Of a stretch of 64,000 nt of DNA, positions 40,503-52,593 are shown in pieces. Under the pieces are notes generated by a model, which was given only the letters and a program-made list of their open reading frames with translations, was not told the origin of the DNA and searched no databases. The translations under genes were made by a program, and so were the position numbers. The stretch covers positions 3,286,001 through 3,350,000 of the forward strand of contig OZ287752.1 of the NCBI GenBank assembly GCA_965649765.1, read 5' to 3'. The DNA is from Bispira polyomma (lineage: Eukaryota). Each line of letters starts with the position of its first letter. Position 1 is the first letter of the stretch.

Positions 40503-40680
40503 CGCATTGTGGCCTAATAGTTAGAGTGTCGGACTTTGGATCTCAGGTATCTTGAGAGCCAGAGTTCGATCCTCGCTGCAGGCCTGGAGATTGTACACTT
40601 GGACAAGGTGCTTTACACAAAGTTGTCTCCCTCTCTACCCAGGTGTATAAATGGGTACCTGGCCGCTGATGGGTGTTAGT
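40503..40680 (+). mobile_element. CORE-like tRNA SINE, 3'-truncated
   Basis: TGGCCTAATAGTTAG A-box, GAGTTCGATCC B-box and CORE-like block. Confidence 0.75.
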
Positions 40681-42386
40681 ACTACCACACATAGAAAGTC
40701 AACCACACAGTTTAACCAAAGGGTGGGGGCGGCTTAATATATTGCTATAAAATATCAAAGAACTACTATCGAATTACATAATAATAAATCAATCTTGACA
40801 CATTAAATGCAGCAAATTAATATGCAGTCTATATGGCAGCCTGGAAAGTTTATGAATACATTTACGCCTCCAAGTTAAAAAAAAAGATACTGACAATTTG
40901 TAAGTCCCAAAGCTCTGAACCGTAGAAAGACATTACCTTTGTACTCAGACCCAATGAGATATTCAACAGTTAGGCTAAATACAATTTTAGCAATTAACAA
41001 ATTATCTCCATTATTTAATCAGTTACATTCAGTGGGGTTCTTTAAAATAGCTCCGTTTAACAGAATATAGTTAATGAAGGATTTGAATGATTTTATTTGC
41101 TTTAAATGTAAAATCAATACCACATAACTGAAAATTTGAACAACAACACAAACCGTGATTATTTATATGAAGCATTTCATAACTTTGTGTATACTTACTA
41201 TTTCTGTTAATTTAAACATTATATTTACCTCCTATAATAACAATTTCTAGGCTGTACATCATATTTAATGATTATAACTGTTTTAAAGTCTCAACATTCT
41301 TATTCTTATTCACTTCTTATTCAACACAATTCTTATAAACACAACATAGTAGAACATTTGAATCTCCCTTCGCAAATAGTACAGCACCTATGCGATAAAC
41401 GAATAACAAAATACATCAGATAAAATAATCAGATGTACCTTTTTGGCTTTAGCATTTTAGAAATTTTAGTGAAAATTTCATGTTGTATGTTTATAGAGAC
41501 AAATAAATAATAAAACTTATCCCAAACCTAGTCAGACTTTCATTATTTCAAATCATACCTCATGGACGAATCACATGACCTCAATCAAGGGCACTAATTG
41601 TGTTGAACCCTGGTCTGTATGGTGCTGGTTTTTAGCTGCAACTACCCCTCGTGTGGGCTACCACGGAATTCATCCCTGCAGTTGGGAACCTTCACTGCTA
41701 AGCGATTAAGTGCTACAGGACCTGGGTTCTACCAACCATCCATATATATTTTAAGCGACTGAATAAATATAAAAAGTAAACAAAATTTCAAAAAGACAAT
41801 TACTTCATTGCTGAAATACCAGCAATTAATTAAATTAATAATGAAGTCCTTTAGTGACCATCAATAAAACAATCTGTACCCAAGTTTTATAATGACTACT
41901 ATTTTAAATCAATAAGCAACACATTAAAGCACAAATAATGTACTGGATCACCACAGCTCAAATATGCATTCATGTTTAAATTTTCTTAACTATCTTTTAT
42001 GCTTAGTTGACATACCTGTCCATCCATGCGTCAAATTAATCCGACTAGTAGAAATCTGTGAATACAGTCATTATGTGTAATAACCTAAAGTTTCAGTCAT
42101 TTTGTGTAATGCTTGTGACTACTAGTAAAAATAGAGAATTAAAAATCTAAACAAATTGCAAATATAAGTACCATAGATATCCAAACAGTATTTCAATCTT
42201 AAATTAACGGTTAGAATATGCTGAAATAAAATAGGAAAGGGACTTTCAGAAGAATATTGTGTGCTTTTGTGTCGACCTAATCGTTGCTGTGTCTAGAATA
42301 TGATCTGTACCATATAATAGTAAAGGTTGTGTTAATTTTTATTTAAGAATTTCAGCGCTTTTCTATTTTATTGTTTTATTTTTCAG

Positions 42387-44478
42387 GTGCCTTCCTAATT
42401 CCCTACTTTCTGAGTTTGATTCTATGTGGAATTCCCCTGTTTTTATTAGATATTTGTCTGGCTCAGGTCTCAGGACTGGTCCATTACACATCTAGACTAT
42501 TGCACCACTTTCAAAGGTATGAATATTTACTCCAGATGTAACCATCCAATATCTCTACACCAAATATCTTGGTTGTGATATTATTAGGTCTTTAATATGT
42601 TTGTGGGGCCACAGTCGGTTCCAAATTCTGCATATTCCTTCATTTGAGAAAGCTAGTTAGTTGCTTCAGCACTGGTGTCCTGTACATTTAAAACTGGAGA
42701 ACATGATGTAACCTATGCTGTTGAAAGCAACGTAATGGGCCGGTCACACCGGATTTACATTAGGATATGTAAGTCACGCATGGCCTTGTAAAATATTTGA
42801 TGCAAAACGTCATGCAAAACTAGAAATTAGAGATTTTTTTTTCTTTTTTAAGGCGTCAACAGACGTTGAAATTCATGTATTAGTACGTTAAATCCCCTGT
42901 AAAGTCTCGCAGGGGATGCATAAGTTTATGTCCAAGTACATGTATGAGTACGCCAATACATGTAAAAGGACTTCATAATGACGCACATTTACACACTGTG
43001 ATGCATATCCACGTTTTAGTACGTCATACTTTTGCATCTCTTGCGTGTCCAAATTTCAAACGGTTTAAAATTATAAATTTCTTACATTACATCTCTCTCG
43101 CCAGGTTATGTATGCTTATGTATATTACATCAGCTCCCGCAAATACCACGCAAAACCTACGCAAATTTATTTTCAGCGACTCCTAACGTGACGGCCGGTG
43201 GGACCAGGGTATAAACCCAGCTAAATTCTTTAAATGAAAAATCAAATATGTTTATATTCTGTCCTACTTGTTGCAGGTCTGGGATATGAGATTTTGTTAT
43301 TATTAGTTGCTGCAGTTGTAAAACTTTGGGCCGACATAACTTTATCAGTGTGTTTAACCTCAACAGAGAATGTCAGTGTTGTATTCACTACAATTAATAA
43401 AGTGCCAATAAATGGCTTTACAACTGATCTATGAAGTGCTCATAGCACATATTTTAAAGATCTGCATCTTTTAAAATGCTGCAAAATATGCATACAATAC
43501 TACTTTTACAAAATAATACTTTTTACTTGATAAACTCTTTTAATTGTTTTTAGTATGTTAGATGAAATAAACACACATTGTAATAATGTTTTATATTATA
43601 TTTTATTTGGAACTTCCAAAACTTGTCTTTGGCAATAAACCTATCATTATAGTTGTTTTCTAAATATATTGCTTTTTGTTATAACTACTGGCTATTATCT
43701 GTTTATATTAGGTCTAGGTTATAGTATGGTCATCTTGTTTTTTCTTCTCTCCAATTACTATATGGTGGTGACAGCCTGGGTCCTCTATTACCTCTTTAAG
43801 TCCTTCTACACCTCTTTACCTTAGACTGGTTGTAACAACCAATGGAACAGACCATTATGACAGGACAACCAGCAGACTGCATTATTTGGTATGTGTCATG
43901 AATAATTTCTAAGAGATCCACTATGTCGCCAGTGTTACACTAAAAAAGTGAGTGCACATTTTGTCAGTCATCCTAAAGCATGCACCTTCAGCATTGTCTT
44001 GCTAATTGAAAGTTTACTGGATATTAAGGTTTGGGAAATGAAGTTAAAATTGTCTAATGAGTTACTACCATTGTCAGTTTACCAAAGATCAACTAATGAT
44101 TAATGATTAAATATTTGTCATTGACAACATAACTTTTAATGATACAACGGACCTAACCTTGTTGTGGCAATAAAGTGTATCAAACATAAAGGTTGTCATT
44201 TAACAAAATGTTGGCATCTTGTGCGATGCAGTTTTTTTCCCCAAGTCTTGGTGAAAGGTATTCCAACCCCCCAACTTCTGCATTAGGTTCCTAAATTTGT
44301 GTTTAAATGGCGAATAAAAAAACCTTGTTGTACTTGTTTTTAAAGTCAATACAAGAGCTGTTCATAGTGGACGTTCAATTAATGCAAGTGTTGAGGTGGA
44401 CGGAAACCCAAATGTCTATTTATACAGTAACTTATCCAGCAGTGCAGCCTGGAGATCATCGACAGAGGAATATTGGAA
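42387..44478 (+). pseudogene. SLC6 Na+/Cl- dependent neurotransmitter/amino-acid transporter, three disabled exons (42387-42516, 43712-43888, 44346-44478)
   Basis: GAFLIPYFLSLILCGIPLFLLDICLAQ..GPLHI*TIAP.FKG (two 1-nt deletions), GLGYSMV...YYMVVTAWVLYYLFKSFYTSLP*TGCNNQWNRPL*, and ...NAS...NLS...RSSTEEYW. Boundaries are canonical AG/GT. Confidence 0.88.
42737..43211. mobile_element. Harbinger-type MITE in the SLC6 intron
   Basis: Imperfect TIRs GGCCGGTCACACCGG / CCGGTGGGACCAGG. Confidence 0.55.
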
Positions 44479-44599
44479 GTGAGTGTTAGAGTTTGAGCTG
44501 GTCACATTACAATGTCAGTATCATATTAAAAAGTATGTTAAACTTATTTGCGGTGAATTTACTTTCTGCCTTCTGCCCATTTTGGAAGTGAGAGGTCGT

Positions 44600-45330
44600 T
44601 GTAGGCTTGGCGTTTACGAGTTGAAGTGGTGACACTAGTTGCTAAACAGCCTTCATTTGGCCAACAATATCTGATATCAACCGTGGCTACATCTGTGGAG
44701 GTAAATCTCCCAGATTTTACCCTTTGGTAAGTCTTACCTTGGGAGAGTTCTCTCTGTGCTAGTGACTTGTAACTGCCTCGTTACTGCCGATTGGACGTCA
44801 GGTATAGCTCGGAGTGTTTCCAAGTTGGGGATGATCCCGTCTCGGTTGTACTCTTGCTGAGTGGCCCCAACAGGCAACTGTTGTGGCAGACGACTGTCCC
44901 TATATTCCCGATGCCCGAATGGGGTGTATATCTTGGTAGTGGTAGGCTATTGGCAATGTAGCCGCCCCGTTCACCAATAGGTTGACTGGGCGTGGTGTAA
45001 CTACAGGAGTTTCACTGATTGACATCTTGGCCTCTACTTTCTCTTGTCGGGATTCTAGACGTCTAAGGATTGCCAACATCTTGTCAGGTGGCCCGACCAT
45101 AGAATGAGAAGCAGCACTCAGGTGTGTGTACTGTGAATCAGCCGAGAACGAGCCAGAACTGGCTGGGCTAGTAAGGGATTCGTCAACTTTGTTAAGATGA
45201 CTTTGAAGGTTTTAAGCAATACTGTTTGATACCTGTTCACTACCCTTTGCACCTGTAGCTTTTAACACCTTGACGTCCCGGCCCACTGGTTTCTTCGCCT
45301 GCAACAGGGTCTTTGTCGACTTCTCATTAT
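44600..45330 (-). mobile_element. Probable DIRS/Ngaro-type retrotransposon gag-like relic
   Basis: GC-richer decayed coding sequence with a coiled-coil (MLAILRRLESRQEKVE) followed by KSGRFTSTDVATVDIRYCWPNE. This resembles, from memory, the KSGR...WP motif of DIRS-type ORF1. Confidence 0.4.
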
Positions 45331-45837
45331 ATTAATTAACACACAAATAGCTTGATACTTCAACGTGTAATGTGACAAAACAAATAAAAAGTATAAAAAA
45401 CTAAAAACGCTGACTAAAATATGTATAAATGTTTAATTACATTCAAGCTAAAATATTTTACAATATTGTACAATCGCGAAATTCATTAAGAAGGTATAGT
45501 AAATAGCGGGAATAAACTAGTGAATTCAACCATCTCATTGGCCCGGCTCTAGTTGGGGAAAAATGCCTTAAGGGTAGTAATACCTAATTTTTGTTTAAGG
45601 TAGTGTGGCAATGTTTAAGTATGTGGACTGAGATAGTAGTCCTTTAAAGTGGATGTGCTTGTCACAGGGACGAAAAGATGTTTTTGAAAAAAAAAATGGA
45701 AACCATTAATTTAGTTGTTATATATAGATTCATACTTTGTAATAGATGTATTTATTATTTCAAAGAGGTTTAATTTTTTGTTTTATGTAATTAATTTATT
45801 TCCTGTTTTGACAAGTTTGGTCTTGTAAAAAATTATG

Positions 45838-46015
45838 TTGAAATTATGAGATAACCTTATATTAAATTACGAGAAAGCACTATGTTGAAATTACGAGATA
45901 GTGCTATGTTGAATTACGAGATATATCTTGTAATTACGAGATAGCATTATGTAGAAATTACAAGATAGTATAATGCTGAAATTACGAGATAGCAATATCT
46001 TGTAATTACGAGATA
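45838..46015 (+). repeat. ~21-bp tandem repeat (AATTACGAGATAG core)
   Basis: About eight visible TTACGAGAT-like recurrences. Confidence 0.8.
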
Positions 46016-48165
46016 TTGTTTTTTGTATGACCTGTATAGGCTACCGTAAAATTGAACTAGAACGAGTTCTGTCAGATATTGCATCAGTGATTCTGCATTC
46101 ACACTTTTATCTAACACACACTCTCTTCATATAACCACTAAAGGGCGGTTTCCATACATGCAACATCATGTCATGTGACGTGCAGTAAAGGGCTTGTCTC
46201 ACTTAAGCTACTTTTTTGAGCAATTATGGGGCAATCTAGGTCAGCTACAATTCACACTAGTTGTACTCGAGTTGTGTTCCACTAGAGAGATCACAACATG
46301 CGCAAGTTGTGTTCTCAACTCGACTACTTATTCTGTATGCTACTAGTGCATTCTCTTGACGATGGTTAATAGGCAATGATCGGTACAGTTACTTGTGGGT
46401 CGAGTTGAGAATGCATTGCTTTTTCTATATAAACAATGGAAGGTCTAATTAAACTATCACAGGGCGAGTGAAACTTATGGCAGAAATGACTTTGTTGAAC
46501 TACTGTGCGATTAGAGTGATGACAATGCGCTGCCGATTCAAACCAGGACAGTATAATGTGGCCGCCTCTGCTGTGACCGTTACCTGGCGACTATTCTCAA
46601 TTTTTACCGCCTTAGTATTACTATATCTTGTTGGACAATTTCCTATTATTGCTTTTACCTAAAATAATTACTTTTTTTACATATTTAACTTCTTGTATAA
46701 TGCTAACAGCCTATATTATGAAAAAAATATGTTGGAACTATGTATTTTTTAGTGCACACTTCCAAGTCGGTTTGCAAAACAATGATGTTGTGAGGATGTC
46801 GAGATCCCGTCCAACACTGATCACTTTTAGTACCTGTATACCACATACAGATGCTGCATACTATATGTATGGAAGAAGCCCTTTATGCTCCCCCTTTTAA
46901 GGGTGGTTGTATTATTGTCACTACTTTGTGAAAAAATGTTTGTTGGACAGAGGGTTCCCCAAAATGTGGAGACATTTTCTCATCTACATAAACATTTCTT
47001 TATAGGGGTTTATCAATTGAACATTGGTTAAAAAAAACAAAAAAAACAAAAAAAAAAAAACAAGCCAACTAGTTTCTGCATACAACAGGTACATCTTCAA
47101 TAGGATAAGTTCTTTACTGATATCAATCTGAACATATATTACTCTATGTAATATATCATTGCAAGGACATGATCTAAAAATTCTTTTGGCTAATCTTGTG
47201 TCTTTTTAGAGTTGTGTGTTGAATGTCTTCATCTGTATTGTTGCATTGTTTCTAGACTTTTAAGACTCGGTTACTTTCTATTGATTTAATGTCCACATAG
47301 ATTAAAAGCAAAGATAGAAGTGTCTACTTCCATAGCAGGGTCAGTATGGATGGCTACTGTGCCTATTATGAATATATTGGCACATTGTGGTTGTAAAATA
47401 CATTAGAATGTGCTTGTTAAACTGATGTTTGCAGTCTGAAAATATATTTGGATACTCGTCCACAAAACATACCATAGTTTGTCAGCTTTGTGTCACTAGT
47501 GGGGCCACTAAATACGTGCATGGGTATATTTACAGTAAATGTTTTTACTGTGACGTAAGTATGGTAAATGTATGAACCGTATCACCCGCGAAGACTAGTT
47601 TTAGTTTTGATTTACTCAATATTTCAGACAGAAAGTTGCTAAAAAAAATGTGATTAACATAAAAGATAAACCTGAAACAACATCATAGTATATTCAACTC
47701 AATTTTTAGTCCTTTATAAATACTAATTTTAAGTTAATTCTTTAAGGTAACAACTTATTGGCTTTCAGATTTGCATTGTGACGTCATAATAAAAGGTTTT
47801 TGAAACGTAAACAAAGACTAAAAAAGTTTGGGGTTGTTTTAATATTGTCGTAGTAAACAAATTAATTGCTTAAAACTTTTGAGATATATAAAATATAAGC
47901 ATTATGCAATGCCATTGTGTACAGTACCTGATTTTTAGATTGTTAAAAGTTTGTATTTGAAGGTAATTCTTTAAGTTCACAACTCAGTACTTTTTGTATT
48001 ATTTGTATATATAATTTGCCGTGAATTTAAATATTTTGGTGCTTTGTCTAACTGTTTTGTGTTATGTTTTCATCTATAGAAGCATTATAATACCCTTTTA
48101 TAAGTGGATATATTGCAAGAAGATAAAATGCACAATACTCGCCCTACCAGGCTTGTATTGTACTT

Positions 48166-48418
48166 GGGGCCGCGGTGGCCTAGTGGTTAGCAAGCATTGC
48201 GCTTCACAATCACTGGTCTCTCACCTCTGGGTGGCGTGAGTTCAAATCCCGTCGATGCTTATGTGGGAAAGGTGGTAGTTCCTTACTGTGGGCCGCTGGT
48301 TTCATTGCAGAACCTTGACCGACTGTATGCAGTGATTCCTCCAGCGTTTCCAACTACCCGTCCCAATATAACCTACTAAAAGGTACTAGAGTGGACGTTA
48401 AATATCCAAATTCAAATT
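48166..48418 (+). mobile_element. Young tRNA-derived SINE
   Basis: Full-length family member flanked by TTGTATT(G/T)TAC. Confidence 0.92.
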
Positions 48419-48495
48419 GTATTTTACCTATTATCTTCTTTCGTCATTAATTTTTTTATTATACACCACATTTTGACAAAATTATTGTTGTTAAT

Positions 48496-49073
48496 GGCCA
48501 GATCACACCTACACGTGTTAACGTCCCACAACATAGCAAAGCAAAATAAACTGAAGACGTGGTAGTTTGTGTCAAAGTGACGTCATTTTCATAAAGGTCT
48601 AGTCTATTGTGACGTTTCATGACTATGTTGGTATTTTTATACACAGAGTGGGAACAATAATCGAACACTGTACTGGAAGGATATCACTACCTACTACTAC
48701 GTAAAGCTGCTGTACTGCTACTTACTGCAGCATTCGACTGCTTTATGCTACTTAGTGAAACATTTCACGACGAATAAAAACGAGTGATGACGATACCACT
48801 ACTTACTGTTAAGTTATGCTATGTTATGCTACTTTTACAGATGAGTGGAGATGTCTTTGAGAAACAGAGAGTTCTACCACGATTATTTAAAACAGTTTGA
48901 AGTAATCGTGGCAGTGGACTAGACGGAGACGTTTCTGGAACCGTATGATTCGTTAAGCATCATCACGAAACCAACGCAGCAGAGGTCATTACTCTTGCAT
49001 TACCTACTACATTTCAAAACAGTTCAAAACATGACACACACATAGCTCCAACACGTGTGGGTGTGACCAGGCC
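48496..49073. mobile_element. Harbinger-type MITE
   Basis: 24-bp imperfect TIR GGCCAGATCACACCTACACGTGTT / AACACGTGTGGGTGTGACCAGGCC with TAA flanks. Confidence 0.75.
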
Positions 49074-49694
49074 TTAATCAGTTGATTGCTTTAAATAACT
49101 GATATATCGATGGGCAGCTTTATTACTGGATAAGTTGAACAGATGATGTCGTCAAGGTTTTCTATACTGCAAACCACATGTCTTAAGCAAGTCTAATGCC
49201 AACTTTCCAACATATAGCGGCAAAGATTTGCACCCTCACGGATAAAAAAAAACGGATTCGAATATCAGCCCTGTCAAGGTTGGCTGTAGACTTGCTGAAG
49301 TTCAATGGATTACAGAACAGAAAACTTTTACTAACTACTCTGTTCTGCTTTCCTCCAACAATAAAATGCCTAATGTGATATAAAGGTGGTGTTGAATGGG
49401 ATATTCGACTAAATATTCTTCAAGGCCAGTCTTGTACAAAATAACAGGGGATAGATGGTGTCTCAAATTTAGTGTTTCCGTTAGTATTCACTAACGGTCT
49501 TAATCAAGCCAAAAATTAGGCTAAGCCCAATATTAAATCTGCAGGCACAAAAACCATGATATGATACATACAGCTCCAACACTTTGATGATATCTGACCT
49601 CCACTAAAAGGTCTGCTCAATTTATAAACCCACTAAATGTAACATCTGGTAGGCTGGAGCAAATGTCAACCAGTGCAAGAACTATGAAGTGATT

Positions 49695-50100
49695 TAAAGC
49701 AGTGGTTGAAAAACTATACCACTACTGAGGTTAATTTTGATCCAAAGCATATTATATTGGGTACCATTAGCAATGGTCAAAATAAATTGTGTCCAGTCAA
49801 CCTTATTATAATAGCAACTAAACATTATATTTTTTCATGTGCTATAAACAACGAACCATTGAACTTCCATACCCTAAACAAACTTGAACATATTTACTAA
49901 AACGAATATTATGTTTATGAAGAAAAAGGAAGGGAATACACATAAAAAAAATTTGGTGAAACATGCTGACACTCTTTAATGTAAATCTATAGAAGATGTA
50001 TAATTATAATAGTATTGTTATGTTTTTAAGTGTATTTCCTTATTTATTCTTGTTTTTATAGTACTGTAGTTTATGTATTTATTTGTTTTTCTCTATTTTT
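49695..50100 (+). mobile_element. Tx1/L1-like LINE C-terminal remnant
   Basis: KHIILG...VNLIIIATKHYIFSC resembles the Tx1/L1 ORF2 C-terminal motif and is followed by a T-rich 3' UTR. Confidence 0.55.
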
Positions 50101-51105
50101 CTTTATGTACTAAAGCATGCGTTCATTAATATATATTCCTATTACTGTGCTTCTGTACATTAAGTTCTCGCCACGGGAAAATTTATATTTGGTACGCTAC
50201 AATATATTTATTACAGTCACACCTGCAGTCAACATAATATAGAACATTACAGTGGAAATACAACAGTAGATTTTTTTTTGCACTTAAATCAGTCAATTAG
50301 ACTCATATTGATGCTCGTGTCCAGAACATATCTATGTCACTGTTTGTTACATGACGTACTTAGTTTGTACAAACATTATGTTAAGGCTTACTTTTATCAT
50401 TGAACGTTGGACTAATAACCTTGTCCTTTAAATTCTTGTTCTAGTTTCCAATTATAGAAATATGTATCATAGCTGTGAAGTCTGGGCATCTCTCTGATGC
50501 TATTTGCAAATACTTCTACTATATTTTGTTGATCATGCACCTGTACAGTCATATATTTATTTTTTGAAACACGTTCGTGTATATGTTGTGTCTTTATGAA
50601 CTCGAAACATATGCTACATTATACAATGCACGTGTCCCTGATTAAGACACACCAATCTAAATGTATGTAACCAGATCTGCACGGGAATACAGTGTAGGTT
50701 TCTCAGTCGGTATATAAAAAAAATCCTGCTCTGTCTAGTTACCACAACTGTGAACATGTCTAAAAGTGTGTCAGTTGTGTTAGTTAGCCTTGGTTTAGGC
50801 TTCCATGTCGCCGATCCCAACGTTGGGCCATTATATGTGGGCCTGTCAGATCATATATATTTTTTTTGCATCCAGGCAGCAGTCAAAATAAGTTTATGTC
50901 TGTCATGTTCCATTGGAACCATGTTTTGAGAAATTCACATGGAATTATTTGTCGCATTGGTTTCATCATATTAATACATTCACCAAAACCATCATTGTTA
51001 CAATAATACCTGCTAATTGATCATTTTAGAAAGAGTTTACAATACAGTTCTCCAATAAAAAAACCCCCTAAAAACCCTCCATATTTACATGGCAAAAAGG
51101 TAGAA

Positions 51106-51304
51106 TACAGTAGAACCTAGATTATCTGAACGTACCAACCTTCTATTATCCAGAATATGATTTCATGAACACACTTCCAGTCTCCCAAATTTTCATTTTG
51201 CTATTTTTTTTATACCAAACTGCCTCTTCTATTCGATGAACCTTCTATTATCCCAAATGAACCTTGCTCTCTTAAAGTGTTTGGATGATAGAGGTTACAC
51301 TGTA
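51106..51304. mobile_element. Tc1/mariner-type MITE
   Basis: TA-CAGTAGAACCT...AGGTTACACTG-TA. Confidence 0.65.
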
Positions 51305-52593
51305 CAAACAACAGAATTATCATGGAGTACAGTTTATAGCAAGAGACAAAATTGTTCTTTTTTAATTATCTGTTTATATTGCCTTAATGATACACAATCT
51401 GCCTCCCAGACATTCTAAGACTTCCATAATGTTCACATTTAATGATCTCAGCAATGATCTGTTTAATAAAGTTTAAAAAAAATATAAAAATACTGCAGAT
51501 TTCAATGAAATAGAATCGCCGAAAGGATTTTATAACTATCCCATATTTGGGGGAAATTATATTAAAAAGGTCCATGAAAGAAGACAGGAAATGCTATATA
51601 TTTAAATTGTTCCAAAAATGTACTACAAACTGTGCAAAACACAAAGTGCTCAGGTACAGTAATCTGTGTGTAACCACTTTTATGATTATATTCTATTCTG
51701 TTTTACCAAACTTGAACACTGCTATGATGATGGTAACTAATAAGCCATAATGGCTTGGTGTTCTTTCTTTTTGTCCTTGACAAACATGTCTCTAAACTAT
51801 TATATGTATGATATACACTTGTCACTGAAATAAAATAATATGACTATATTTAACTACTGTAACAGTAACTTCATATTTCAGAGACAGTTATCCTTAATTG
51901 TGAGAAAGAAAGTCCCCCCCCTCCCCAAATTTGTTTATCTTGGATGGGGACATTATCTTGGATACAGGAAAGTCCAGTGCCAGATTGTATTATATTTTGT
52001 ATATCTCAAATAAAATAGTCCGTTTAATTTGTGTTATAAATTACAAGCAAGACAGTGAAAAAATGTATTAACATCTGGTGCAGTTAAAATAATTTGAGTA
52101 AAATTCCACAAAAAAATGCCCATTCATTACATTACCACACCTGTGTGGACAGCTTATTAATTAAGAGAGGGCTGCAAGACAGTATAATGATATACATCAA
52201 TATGTATTGCAGTTAAAAGAATTAAGGTGAAATTAAACAATATACCCATTTATAATATTACAACATCTGTTTTGAAGGCCATTAAAAAGAGAGGGCTAGA
52301 ATGCATAAACACACATATGTAACAGGTGTCTTGTGAGGGAATTCTTTTAATCCTACACTGAACATTTGCTCCAGCCTATCAGATGTTACATTTAGTGGGC
52401 TTATAAATTGAGCAGACCTTTTAGTGGAGGTCAGATATAATTAAAGTGTTGGAGCTGTATGTATCATATCATGGTTTATGCCGTTTATGCAGTTTAAGTA
52501 AACAAATATATAAGCTTATTAGAGAACAAATAAAAATAGCTAAAAATTCTGATAAAACAGGACTGTGCAAAAACAAGTGGACTATCTTGAATC

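Noticed and set aside
44017-44041. GGTTTGGGAAATG (GLGN), resembling the SLC6 TM1 motif
   Set aside because: It is in the wrong position (after the TM3 exon), has an adjacent stop and is not followed by WRFP.
48166-48250. tRNA gene at SINE heads (also 24750-24829, 39430-39509, 55282-55370)
   Set aside because: A and B boxes are present, but each continues into a shared SINE body with tail and TSD. The recurring 60-aa MRFTITG ORF is incidental.
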